Of a stretch of DNA of 33,433 nt, positions 24,742 through 33,378 are shown piece by piece; positions within the stretch are counted from its first letter, which is position 1, and the number at the start of each line of letters is the position of its first letter. The stretch is from an uncultured Candidatus Saccharibacteria bacterium (GTDB lineage: Bacteria > Patescibacteriota > Minisyncoccia > UBA6257 > 2-01-FULL-56-20). The stretch is from NCBI GenBank assembly GCA_964563735.1, contig CAZLXS010000002.1, forward strand, positions 8,005-41,437. Reading direction: 5' to 3'. The notes beneath the pieces were generated by a model. The model had not been told where the DNA came from and did no database searches. It saw only the letters and a list, made by a program, of their open reading frames with translations. The position numbers and the translations under genes were made by a program.

Positions 24742-27700
24742 TTAAGGACTATAAGATCCAGAAAAAGTAATGGTTCCCGAGTAGGTTCCGGTTGGATTTC
24801 CGGCTGGAACTTCAACACCCCAGAAAATATCACTGCTACTTCGGTCATTAAATGTAGGCGCGTAAAAAACTGATGAGGTAGCTAGATAATTTTCTCCACC
24901 ATCTGTATACGCTCCCCCACTGACATAAGAATATCCATTGTAAGTGACTAAAGCTCGATCAAGAAAGTTTGAATTAGGAAAAATAGGAACTGGGGTACTG
25001 GTGGCCCAGTTAAAACTTGTCCCAGATATAGTTGAGAGATAAGCATAAGTAGAGGTTGATCCAGGAGCTCCTAAGCTATAAAAAGAATCTTTAGAATTCG
25101 AAAGAATATTGAAGGTGGTATATGCGGATGGAAGAGGCGTGCTGGCAGTAACCCAACTTCCCAGAGTCCCATCCGAATTAATGGGGGCGTAAATTATAGA
25201 CGAAGTGACAGCAGACGGCGCTCTCCCACCAAACACATAAATATTCCCGTTTCTTTCGTAGGAAGTATGATCCTTTCGAGCTACGGGTAGAGCGGTGGTT
25301 GTGGACCAAGTACCAATCAACCCACTAGAGTCAATTGGAGCATAGAGAACTGTGGAGGTGGCAGTACTCCCAACAGGAGTTCCTCCGATCGCATAGATAT
25401 AGCCGTTTTTTGCGACGATACTATGATTACCTAGGGCATTAGGTAAATCATCTAAAAGGGAAGCGTTCCAGAAACCAATGGTTCCGTTGGAATTTATATC
25501 TGTAACATAAACTCCTGCGGTGTGGGTTGGCGAAGTGGAGGTACTTCCTCCGACTAAATATAACCTCCCATTGTACACAGTAAGAACCGGACGAATTAAT
25601 GCGGCTGGAAGCTTGGTAGTATTACTCCAAGATGAAATGGCTCCGGTAGAACTATTTATAGATCCATAGAGAATTGTTGATGTAACACCACCTGAGACTC
25701 CAGTGTCACCTCCAAAAATATATAGATAGTTATTATATGCCAAAGAAGAATGTTGAGCATTTATATAAGGCAAAACCGTAGTAGTAGACCAAGAACCAAG
25801 ATGGTTGAGGATTTTTTGATAGGCCGGCAAAGAAATTCCACTAATTGTGCTATTGGTTCCACTTAGTTGTTGTTCTGTTCCGCCAAAGATAAAAGTTGAA
25901 GTGGCAAAGTGTTGCGAGGAGGTGACGATAGAGTTGGCGTTAAAATTAAGAGCGGTACCTCGAACCAGTGCAGACGACGTTGCATTGCCGGCATTTTTGA
26001 TTGGAGCTATTTGATTTTTCTGACCAGTATTGGAATTAGAATTTACTTGGCCATAGTTTATGCTACTAGTTCCAACTTCTATAGCAACGAGAGTATTTAA
26101 CTCAACTCCACTGGCAGTACTACTGGTTTGATTACTACTCGAATCTCTAGCTTCAACTTTGGCGATCCAATTTTCGCCGGAAAAAGACGAGCTGGTGTCG
26201 GTTGGTTGAGCAAAATAATAAATATCTACAGTGGCGGTTGCATTAGCAGAAGCTCCACCAGCACAGTTATTGGTAGTAGTGGTAACTCGATAGCAGTTTA
26301 AGGGATCTTCTGAGCAATCAAAACTAAGCCCAGAGCGATAGACGGTGGTAGTGACATTGCCACTCGTAAAAACATCGGAGCAACCACTGCCATCGGTTAA
26401 TGTAAAATTAACCACGATAGTAGTGGTAGTGTTTGGGGTTAGGGTGATAACATTTCCATGATTTAACGAAGTGGCAGAAAGATTGGGATTTGTGTCTGTG
26501 GCTGATGTGTAGATAGATGGGTAGGTACAGACACTATTATCAACACACGGGGTGGCTGGCCAGCTGGTTTGTTGACGATAGACTGGAGAATCTTGACCTA
26601 CATCATACATCCTAAAAAAATAAATCTGGTTACTTTCGGTATTGTTAGCTTCAATGGAAAATTCTAGTTCAAGAATAGTGGTTGAGGCGTGATCCATATT
26701 AGCGTTCGCTGCGGCATTATTACTTGTGGTCCACCAACCACTTACCGTTGAGCTACTAAGCAGAGTTCCTCCGGTTATTAATTCTCCATCATCGCAAGTA
26801 GCAGCTCCAGTATTACAGTCAAAATATCGCCATATAGTTGAGCTGCCGACATTACCAACATCCGTCCAAATTGTTGACGATGCATCAGGGGTAGTACTGG
26901 AAGTGAATTGCAATTTTTTTCTGGAATCGGTTTGACTGTTTCCCCCTAGCTCTGCCATATTAAAACGTAATCTAACCTGACCAGCTACGCCACTTATAGT
27001 AGCCGAAGTGTTTTCTGCTGCTAGGGCTGGAGAAGGACTTCCCGCAGTAGAAGTTCCACTGTATAGTCGCCAGTTTAAAGACCATGGGGAATATGGCTTG
27101 TAGGCAAAATCAAATCCATTATTTTCCCAGATAACAGTATTGCTATCCCCAGAACTAGCGACTCGAGTACCCAATTCGGCAGATAAACCACTAGTAGTGA
27201 ATGCCCCACCATCCCACCTATGAGTTCTTAGATCATTATCACTATCTACTCCAACCCGCATCATTTCATCATCATTAGGCGATGGAATTAATTTTCTATT
27301 TGCTCCGTCATCGGTCCAGCCACTTGCTATATCAGCAACGGCTGAAAATCCACCGCCTGGAGTCCAGGTTACAAAATCAGCTGCATCGGCTGCGGCATCA
27401 TCGTTGTAAATAATTAGAGCAGTGGAGGTACTATTGCCAGTCCCAAATCTTTCCCAAGCCACAGTTACGCCTACTGCGGCTTTGTCTTCTAATGATGTAT
27501 CTCCTGTCCCTAAATTCCAGGCTGCAGTGCCGGTGGCCTTCCAGATCGCTGGCCAGCCCATCGTAGCTGTTGAGCTGGAAGTTAAACCAACAGCTACTCT
27601 GTCACTTTGTGGATCTCCATCCATAACAACCCAGATACCACGACTAGCTGTGATTGCAGGCATAAGAGTGCTGGTTGTGTCCCAAACCCCGTTTACTAAT

Positions 27701-30700
27701 TTTTTATACGAGAAGGGGGTAGTAGAAGTGGCTGAGCTTGAAGCAAAAACTACGACAGCGTTTCCTGATAGAGTTTCCCAAGCGCCATCAAATGGACGCC
27801 CACTAGCAGAAAAAGCATTCACCGTGATTGTTGTTGTAGAGATAACACTAGAACCATCCCAAACTCCGGCATAGATATCCTTAGCATTACTAATGTTCAA
27901 AATTAATATCTCATTAGAACGATTGTTGGTTAGATGTTCTCCCTTTGGCACCAAACGAACCCAACCAGGAGAAATAAGAGAAGAACAGCTTCCCGCAACG
28001 AAGCAAAAATTAAAACTATTTTCTGTGCTCGATACATTTCCATCCCAAGTTATATAATAAAGACTTTCTGCTACTGCCCCTGTAGCTCTCGCTACATCTT
28101 TTGTGTATACAATAAATGCTCGACCGGATAATTGTTCATAGGCGATGTCAAATGATTGATTACATGACCCAAATACGGTATTACAGACCTGAGTATAGGT
28201 TGTAGAAGCAATACTTATGATACTAGACCAACTAGTTCCGTTGTATCTTGTAATATCGAGTCGTCCATTGTCTTTAAGATTTCCAACTAAATATTCATTT
28301 CTGGTTGGAGAAGCGCGAACAACAACGTGTTGTACCTGAGATGTTTCTGCTGTCGTATCTATTGAGGTAGCTTCTGCGCTCCATGTGCTTGTTGTTGTTA
28401 GGAAGCGAACGTTAACGTTGTCAACATCAGTAGTATCACTATAGGCGAGCAAACTTCCAGTGTTGACCACAGCATCCGAGGCGATTTGCCATTGCCTTGA
28501 TTCTTGCCAGACTTCAATGTCGGGATCATTATTTTTTAATTTTAATGCACCGAGCTTAAATAATTCCGGACTGATGTCGGGGCCTTTAAATTCATAAACC
28601 AAATCCCTGCCTTCTCCTGACTTTAAATCTAGATTCCACTGGAGCACCTTGGTTTCCGAATTATCCTTCTCCCCCCTTATATTAAAATCATTGGAATCAG
28701 TGATTTCAAAAAGTGCTGGGACAAATTCTTCTACTATGCCGTCAAAATCTTCGTTGGCTTTTATTTTTATCGTGACAGTATATTTGTCGGGGGGGTAGGT
28801 ACGCGTCGGAGCGCTTCGTTCTACATCAAAACGCGGTGGATTTTCTACGGAGAATTGTTCCTCAATGGAACGAGGGCCGTTCTTAGTTTGCGCATTGATG
28901 TTTAAACGATAGATTCCGATTTCGGATAGATTGGAAATGGAAGTTTTGTAATCTGGAATTGGACTTCCCCCACTATTCGGACCACAGGAAGCTGATCTTT
29001 CTATGGAGCCATCATTAGTATTTCGAAAAATTTTTAAACCTGCAGGAGTTGTAATGGTTAGATTTATTTCTGCATCGCAAATAGTGTGACCTCCGTCATC
29101 TAGAACTCCAAAATGAAGCTCCGCTTCATCGCCAAGACTAAAAATGGATTTATTACTATTTACCGCTAAAACTCCCCAAGAAAAATCCGATTCGGTGGTA
29201 TAAACCACACCGTTCCGTAAAATCCAAATTTTCATTTTATATTTTCCTGGGCGAAAAAATCTTTCTGGCTCAGCAACACTAATCCGTAGTCGATTGTTGA
29301 CAGTAAGAATAGTGGGGTGGAAATTAGTAGATTTATTTTTGGGATCAAAAATTTGAACGGCAATGGGGTTGTCGGCGGTAAGAAGTTCGCCCTCTCCTGT
29401 TTGAGCGGTAGCTTTTTTAACTTTAAAAAAATCGAGTAATCCCCGACCATCGCGCACTAATTGCCATAATTGTTTTTGAACCGAAGGACGCGCCGATACC
29501 GGCGCGTTTAGAATTTCAGGATTTTCTGGATGATTATCGCCTCCTTGATCTAATTGATTATTCGAATCCTCTTCGGGAATTGGAGCTTCGATTGATGGTG
29601 GAGCTGGAAGAGCGTCTAGATCTAAATCAAAACTTGGGTTTTCGTTTGATCCATAGGTTCCGCCTTCTCGGACCGGTGAGAGATCTTGATTTTCCGGAAG
29701 AGTGATGACCTGAACTCCGTTTGGAAGAATAACATTGGTAATGACCTTTCCGGTTTCGCTTGGTTTTTTGTTTTCTGGATTAATGATGGATGGAATCTCG
29801 TAATTAACTTCTATGAACATTCCATCTAGATAAACTTTAGGTAGTTTCTCCAGAGTGGTGTCGATTCCGATAAGACTAATTTGAATTTTTGATAACTCCG
29901 CCCAACTTAATTTTGGCAGAGGAAGAGTGAGATTCTGAAAATTAAGAGGATTAACCTTGCCCACGGAGAGCCAATTTGAACCATCTAGACTATAACGAAC
30001 TTCAAGAAAATTATTATCTGGCGCCGGTGGAATATATTCTGGAAGTGGAATCTGATTCTCTACAACCGGTTCGATTGAGGTAGCTGATTGATCACCTTGA
30101 TCTTCTTTTAGCTCTACTGGTTCGAGTGGAGCGATAATAGACGGTATCACAACTGGATCACTTGATTGGTCTAGTTCGTTTGACTCGGGTTTTTCTCCTG
30201 GTTTTTCCTCTGGAACTTCGGGATTTTGTGGAGCTATGGAGCTTGGTTCTTCTTTTTGGGTGATGACCGGCGTATCACTACTTGGCTCTGATTCTTCGGC
30301 GAGTGCATGAGATACGAGAGGAATTCTCCAGAGCGCTGATTTTTCCGAATCTTCGCTTACAGGCTCTATTTTTTCATCAACTTTATTTTCATTACTTTCA
30401 ATAACTTCAAGCGATTCATTAAACAATGTTTCTGCTTCTACTAGATTTTCAGCTCGCCAAACCAAGGTTAAGCCGGCGCTCACAACGTTGCCTTGTCCAC
30501 TAAAATTATCTGGCAAAAATTGACCGCAAAAAATTTGGTCAGTCTTGTTTTTCAAAACAGCAGAATTATCTTCGGTTAAGGCAATCTCGGAGTTTTTTAT
30601 ACTTTCGGATTCGCCCTGAGCTTTCTCTGGGTTTTCCCAACTACCTAAACAGGTTTGAGGACTAAAATCAGCAATTTCGGCGTGAGTGAAAACTTTATTG

Positions 30701-30885
30701 GCTAAGATAATAATAATTAATCCGACGAGAACACTGCATCCGATAAAGGCGGCTTTTTTGTAAGGTAAAAATTTATTTTTCCTTAAATCAACGACGTGAG
30801 AATCGTTTTCTCCTAACAAGAATTTTGAGATTTTTTTCAAATCAAAAAAGCCCGTTTTTTTTCTTTTGTCTAGAAAAGACGGCAT
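24742..30885 (-). CDS. giant (2047 aa) N-terminally anchored surface protein with two propeller-like regions
   Basis: Uninterrupted ORF. TM at aa 45-64, Pro/Glu-rich linkers, and a Trp-punctuated roughly 7-repeat region at aa 799-1266. Six Kelch-like blades (YLYIFGG, RLYLVGG, YIYAIGG, NIYVFGG, SFYSLG, YSYVSGG) at aa 1690-2011. Confidence 0.75.
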   Translation of the reverse strand: MPSFLDKRKKTGFFDLKKISKFLLGENDSHVVDLRKNKFLPYKKAAFIGCSVLVGLIIIILANKVFTHAEIADFSPQTCLGSWENPEKAQGESESIKNSEIALTEDNSAVLKNKTDQIFCGQFLPDNFSGQGNVVSAGLTLVWRAENLVEAETLFNESLEVIESNENKVDEKIEPVSEDSEKSALWRIPLVSHALAEESEPSSDTPVITQKEEPSSIAPQNPEVPEEKPGEKPESNELDQSSDPVVIPSIIAPLEPVELKEDQGDQSATSIEPVVENQIPLPEYIPPAPDNNFLEVRYSLDGSNWLSVGKVNPLNFQNLTLPLPKLSWAELSKIQISLIGIDTTLEKLPKVYLDGMFIEVNYEIPSIINPENKKPSETGKVITNVILPNGVQVITLPENQDLSPVREGGTYGSNENPSFDLDLDALPAPPSIEAPIPEEDSNNQLDQGGDNHPENPEILNAPVSARPSVQKQLWQLVRDGRGLLDFFKVKKATAQTGEGELLTADNPIAVQIFDPKNKSTNFHPTILTVNNRLRISVAEPERFFRPGKYKMKIWILRNGVVYTTESDFSWGVLAVNSNKSIFSLGDEAELHFGVLDDGGHTICDAEINLTITTPAGLKIFRNTNDGSIERSASCGPNSGGSPIPDYKTSISNLSEIGIYRLNINAQTKNGPRSIEEQFSVENPPRFDVERSAPTRTYPPDKYTVTIKIKANEDFDGIVEEFVPALFEITDSNDFNIRGEKDNSETKVLQWNLDLKSGEGRDLVYEFKGPDISPELFKLGALKLKNNDPDIEVWQESRQWQIASDAVVNTGSLLAYSDTTDVDNVNVRFLTTTSTWSAEATSIDTTAETSQVQHVVVRASPTRNEYLVGNLKDNGRLDITRYNGTSWSSIISIASTTYTQVCNTVFGSCNQSFDIAYEQLSGRAFIVYTKDVARATGAVAESLYYITWDGNVSSTENSFNFCFVAGSCSSLISPGWVRLVPKGEHLTNNRSNEILILNISNAKDIYAGVWDGSSVISTTTITVNAFSASGRPFDGAWETLSGNAVVVFASSSATSTTPFSYKKLVNGVWDTTSTLMPAITASRGIWVVMDGDPQSDRVAVGLTSSSTATMGWPAIWKATGTAAWNLGTGDTSLEDKAAVGVTVAWERFGTGNSTSTALIIYNDDAAADAADFVTWTPGGGFSAVADIASGWTDDGANRKLIPSPNDDEMMRVGVDSDNDLRTHRWDGGAFTTSGLSAELGTRVASSGDSNTVIWENNGFDFAYKPYSPWSLNWRLYSGTSTAGSPSPALAAENTSATISGVAGQVRLRFNMAELGGNSQTDSRKKLQFTSSTTPDASSTIWTDVGNVGSSTIWRYFDCNTGAATCDDGELITGGTLLSSSTVSGWWTTSNNAAANANMDHASTTILELEFSIEANNTESNQIYFFRMYDVGQDSPVYRQQTSWPATPCVDNSVCTYPSIYTSATDTNPNLSATSLNHGNVITLTPNTTTTIVVNFTLTDGSGCSDVFTSGNVTTTVYRSGLSFDCSEDPLNCYRVTTTTNNCAGGASANATATVDIYYFAQPTDTSSSFSGENWIAKVEARDSSSNQTSSTASGVELNTLVAIEVGTSSINYGQVNSNSNTGQKNQIAPIKNAGNATSSALVRGTALNFNANSIVTSSQHFATSTFIFGGTEQQLSGTNSTISGISLPAYQKILNHLGSWSTTTVLPYINAQHSSLAYNNYLYIFGGDTGVSGGVTSTILYGSINSSTGAISSWSNTTKLPAALIRPVLTVYNGRLYLVGGSTSTSPTHTAGVYVTDINSNGTIGFWNASLLDDLPNALGNHSIVAKNGYIYAIGGTPVGSTATSTVLYAPIDSSGLIGTWSTTTALPVARKDHTSYERNGNIYVFGGRAPSAVTSSIIYAPINSDGTLGSWVTASTPLPSAYTTFNILSNSKDSFYSLGAPGSTSTYAYLSTISGTSFNWATSTPVPIFPNSNFLDRALVTYNGYSYVSGGAYTDGGENYLATSSVFYAPTFNDRSSSDIFWGVEVPAGNPTGTYSGTITFSGSYSP

Positions 30886-30892
30886 TTCTCTA

Positions 30893-30901
30893 ATTGTAGC
30901 A
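30893..30901 (-). promoter_or_regulatory. extended -10 box TGCTACAAT, 7 nt before the ATG of the giant gene
   Basis: The minus strand reads GTGCTACAATTAGAGAAATG. Confidence 0.45.
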
Positions 30902-30963
30902 CTAAAACACTCAATCCAGATTCTTTGGACTGTGGATTATTCTTCTTTAAAACTAGATTAGGT

Positions 30964-33171
30964 TTAACTGCAAACCGGAGTTGGTCCACTACTAAAAATA
31001 TAGTTGATTAGATAGACAGCGTCCGAGATGTTAATCATGCCGTCGCCATTCGCATCGGAATAATTATCCCCTCTTGGAGCAGGACCGCCGTTAAAAATAT
31101 AGTTGATTAAGTAAACAGCGTCGGAGATATTCACCCCATTATCACCATCAGCATCGCCACAAACTCCTATAGGACCTTCGATTACAGTGAGTGGAATTCC
31201 CATGGAAACCCCCTTGTTTCCAGCTAGATCAGTGGCTTCGGCATAGATGGTTTTTGCGCCAATAGTTGGGAAATGGACTAGAGCTTCAAATGGAAAAATA
31301 TTGTCTAGCGCGAGGAAACCATTCTCCCCAAATCCAACTATTTGAAAAAATTCTACCTTACTAATTCCACCCTGATCTGTAGCTGAAACCTTGATAGTTG
31401 CGTCTTGGGGAACGGAGCTATTGGAAATTGGTTCGGTAATTGATACAACCGGAGAGGTAAAATCTGTTTTGATCAAATTAACATCTAGAGTGACGTGCTC
31501 TGGATCAGCACTTAAAACCCCGATAATGTTTCCGCTCAGTGGATCAACGAACACTCCACCAGCCTCAAGCGCTACGTTTAAATTACTGCCGGGTGGTGTT
31601 GGATCAATAAGCAGGGATTGATTCGGTGCGAAACCAGATGCGGTTTTTATTGTGTGCATAGTGACACCAGAGAACACATTACTATTAGTGCCGATAGAAT
31701 TGTCTGCTCCAATTGGTTGGCGATATTCTATAAAAAGATAATCGTTCGCTGACCTCTGGATTTTTAAAGCTTTAAACCCACCTAGATTAGTTTCAATTGG
31801 TTCTAGGGTGTAAGTTCCACTTTGAGTGACATTTTGAATTCGTCCGCCACCCATCCAACCAACATATTCCTTATGAAGGGCATTGAAGTGGCCAGGAATA
31901 AAAGATCCGCCCATTACATCATAGAGATCGCCGTATTCATCAATTAAACAATTGCTGTTGATCGGATTACTACCACAAGACCAGAAACTAGCATGCCTCT
32001 CACCGAAAGCGTGCCCAATTTCGTGAGAAAAAACAAAGTGATTTGTCATATAGCTCGCAAGCATAAATGATGTTCCAATAGAAACTGGACCTTCATTAGT
32101 TTCCACGGTTATTTTGCCAATGGTAGAAATTCCAGACCACCCACAAGCTGGACCGAACGGAGACACTACGGCTAAATAGTCGTACTGATGGAAATCTACG
32201 GTTGAATCAATTAGAGGAATAAGCGCGTTTAAAACAGAGTTAAAATCGCAAGTTTGATTGATTGGAATAGTATACCAATCACTTCCCGATGGCCCCGCCA
32301 AAACAGTACCAGTTAAACTAGCTTGGCCGTAAGAATTTTCTTGATAATAGTTTTTAGAATTAGTGAAAATTAGGTTATTAACTCCTGATCTTGTGAGATT
32401 CGGCTGAGGAGATCCTTGGAAGTTAGCTAATACAGCTAAGACTCTTTGATTGCCAAGAATTGGATCACCGGCCTGAGAGCCACCAATCTCAATATCAGAC
32501 CTACTAGGCCCATTATCACTGATTATTTCATTAGGAATAATGTAGTCATCAATCTGAGTACCCCTTACCTTTATACTAGATCCACCTTTTGATTTGGTGA
32601 TAGGAGAATTAGGATCGCTTACTAAAATATTAAAAACTTCTCCAGTACTAGTTCTTAATTTATAAGTTTCAGTTGATTTCTTGCTATCAGGAAAGTCCGC
32701 GATAAGGATTTCTAATTTTCCATTAAGCTCTTTGGTTTTTTCTAGACAATTCCTAAAAAGATTTTCAATCGTTACTGTTTCTTGATTTGACAACTTATAG
32801 GATCCGGCGCTGGCAGATTCGATCTTAGAGAGGTGACCCAAGGCCTGCTTTCGATTGACTAAAAGACTTAAGAGGTTGTTTTTATCGGTGACGCTTTGAG
32901 TTTTTTGATAGAGCGCAAGCTTCTCCGAAATACTAGTATTTAAAGATTTTAAAACATTTTTCGATTCGTCGATGCTTAATTTAAGCAAGGCTGGTTTATT
33001 AATTAATTCAAAACTATTTTCAAGCGCAATTGGGCAACTGCTATTATCTATCACCGCTGGAGCGTTCCTAGCTTCGGTGAGATTAGACGAGCTTAATCTT
33101 GCGACGGCTAAAACTAAAACTATGGCTACAACGAAAAGCCCTTTCCTTAGATTATTAGATTGATAATTCAT
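30964..33171 (-). CDS. secreted metzincin-type zinc metalloprotease with Ig-like domain and C-terminal dockerin pair
   Basis: HEIGHAFGERH (31993-32025) fits HExxHxxGxxH. An M6-like upstream segment reads VLAVLANFQG..YYQENSYGQASLTG. Dockerin repeats GDADGDNGVNISDAVYLINYIF and SDANGDGMINISDAVYLINYIF lie at 30967-31167. Confidence 0.7.
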   Translation of the reverse strand: MNYQSNNLRKGLFVVAIVLVLAVARLSSSNLTEARNAPAVIDNSSCPIALENSFELINKPALLKLSIDESKNVLKSLNTSISEKLALYQKTQSVTDKNNLLSLLVNRKQALGHLSKIESASAGSYKLSNQETVTIENLFRNCLEKTKELNGKLEILIADFPDSKKSTETYKLRTSTGEVFNILVSDPNSPITKSKGGSSIKVRGTQIDDYIIPNEIISDNGPSRSDIEIGGSQAGDPILGNQRVLAVLANFQGSPQPNLTRSGVNNLIFTNSKNYYQENSYGQASLTGTVLAGPSGSDWYTIPINQTCDFNSVLNALIPLIDSTVDFHQYDYLAVVSPFGPACGWSGISTIGKITVETNEGPVSIGTSFMLASYMTNHFVFSHEIGHAFGERHASFWSCGSNPINSNCLIDEYGDLYDVMGGSFIPGHFNALHKEYVGWMGGGRIQNVTQSGTYTLEPIETNLGGFKALKIQRSANDYLFIEYRQPIGADNSIGTNSNVFSGVTMHTIKTASGFAPNQSLLIDPTPPGSNLNVALEAGGVFVDPLSGNIIGVLSADPEHVTLDVNLIKTDFTSPVVSITEPISNSSVPQDATIKVSATDQGGISKVEFFQIVGFGENGFLALDNIFPFEALVHFPTIGAKTIYAEATDLAGNKGVSMGIPLTVIEGPIGVCGDADGDNGVNISDAVYLINYIFNGGPAPRGDNYSDANGDGMINISDAVYLINYIFSSGPTPVCS

Positions 33172-33178
33172 GTTTTAA

Positions 33179-33187
33179 ATTGTAGCA
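33179..33187 (-). promoter_or_regulatory. extended -10 box TGCTACAAT, 7 nt before the protease ATG
   Basis: The minus strand reads TTTGCTACAATTTAAAACATG. Confidence 0.45.
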
Positions 33188-33242
33188 AATTGTTGATTTT
33201 TTGAGTAGGTTCACCTAAAGTAGAAGCTGTTTAATCACTGAG

Positions 33243-33261
33243 TTTATTATTTACATTGCTG
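33243..33261 (+). repeat. 19-nt direct repeat TTTATTATTTACATTGCTG, copy 1
   Basis: Identical to 33379-33397, which runs into the first 2 nt of tRNA-Gln. Confidence 0.85.
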
Positions 33262-33335
33262 ATAGGGTCGCCTGCCTGCCCTGCCTACCGGCAGGCAGGC
33301 GGTAGGCAGGTCTAACGGTAGGACAGCGGCCTTTT
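33260..33335 (+). pseudogene. tRNA-like 5' fragment interrupted by a 40-nt GC palindrome
   Basis: TGATAGGGTCG[40-nt insert]TCTAACGGTAGGACAGCGGCCTTT parallels TGGGGGATCGTCTAATGGTAGGACATCGCCCTTT of the adjacent tRNA-Gln. No T arm or 3' acceptor strand follows. Confidence 0.5.
33270..33310. repeat. GC-rich palindrome (family 2), copy E
   Basis: GCCTGCCTGCCCTGCCTACCGGCAGGCAGGCGGTAGGCAGG matches 15243-15284 except for one indel. 11-bp stem with a 9-nt loop. Confidence 0.85.
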
Positions 33336-33363
33336 CCTTCGGAGAAGGATCTGCCTCTGGCAG
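33336..33363. repeat. GC-rich two-hairpin repeat, copy C
   Basis: CCTTC-GGA-GAAGG, ATC, then CTGCC-TCT-GGCAG. Stem changes relative to copies A and B are compensatory. Confidence 0.75.
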
Positions 33364-33378
33364 TAGAAGCATCTTATT

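Noticed and set aside
27422-27874. 150-aa plus-strand ORF inside the giant gene. Others occur at 25909-26100, 26726-26935, 27934-28131, 29232-29450 (same strand as the giant gene but in a different frame), 21998-22315, 22930-23227, 24313-24498, 31391-31621 and 32972-33163.
   Set aside because: These are antisense or out-of-frame ORFs within long, motif-supported CDSs. The Thr/Ser/Gly-rich coding sequence naturally leaves the opposite frames open.
33260-33365. A functional intron-containing tRNA upstream of tRNA-Gln.
   Set aside because: No T arm (GTTCRANYC-like) and no 3' acceptor strand complementary to GATAGGG follow. The candidate anticodon stem pairs only 4 of 5 positions around a 22-nt loop.
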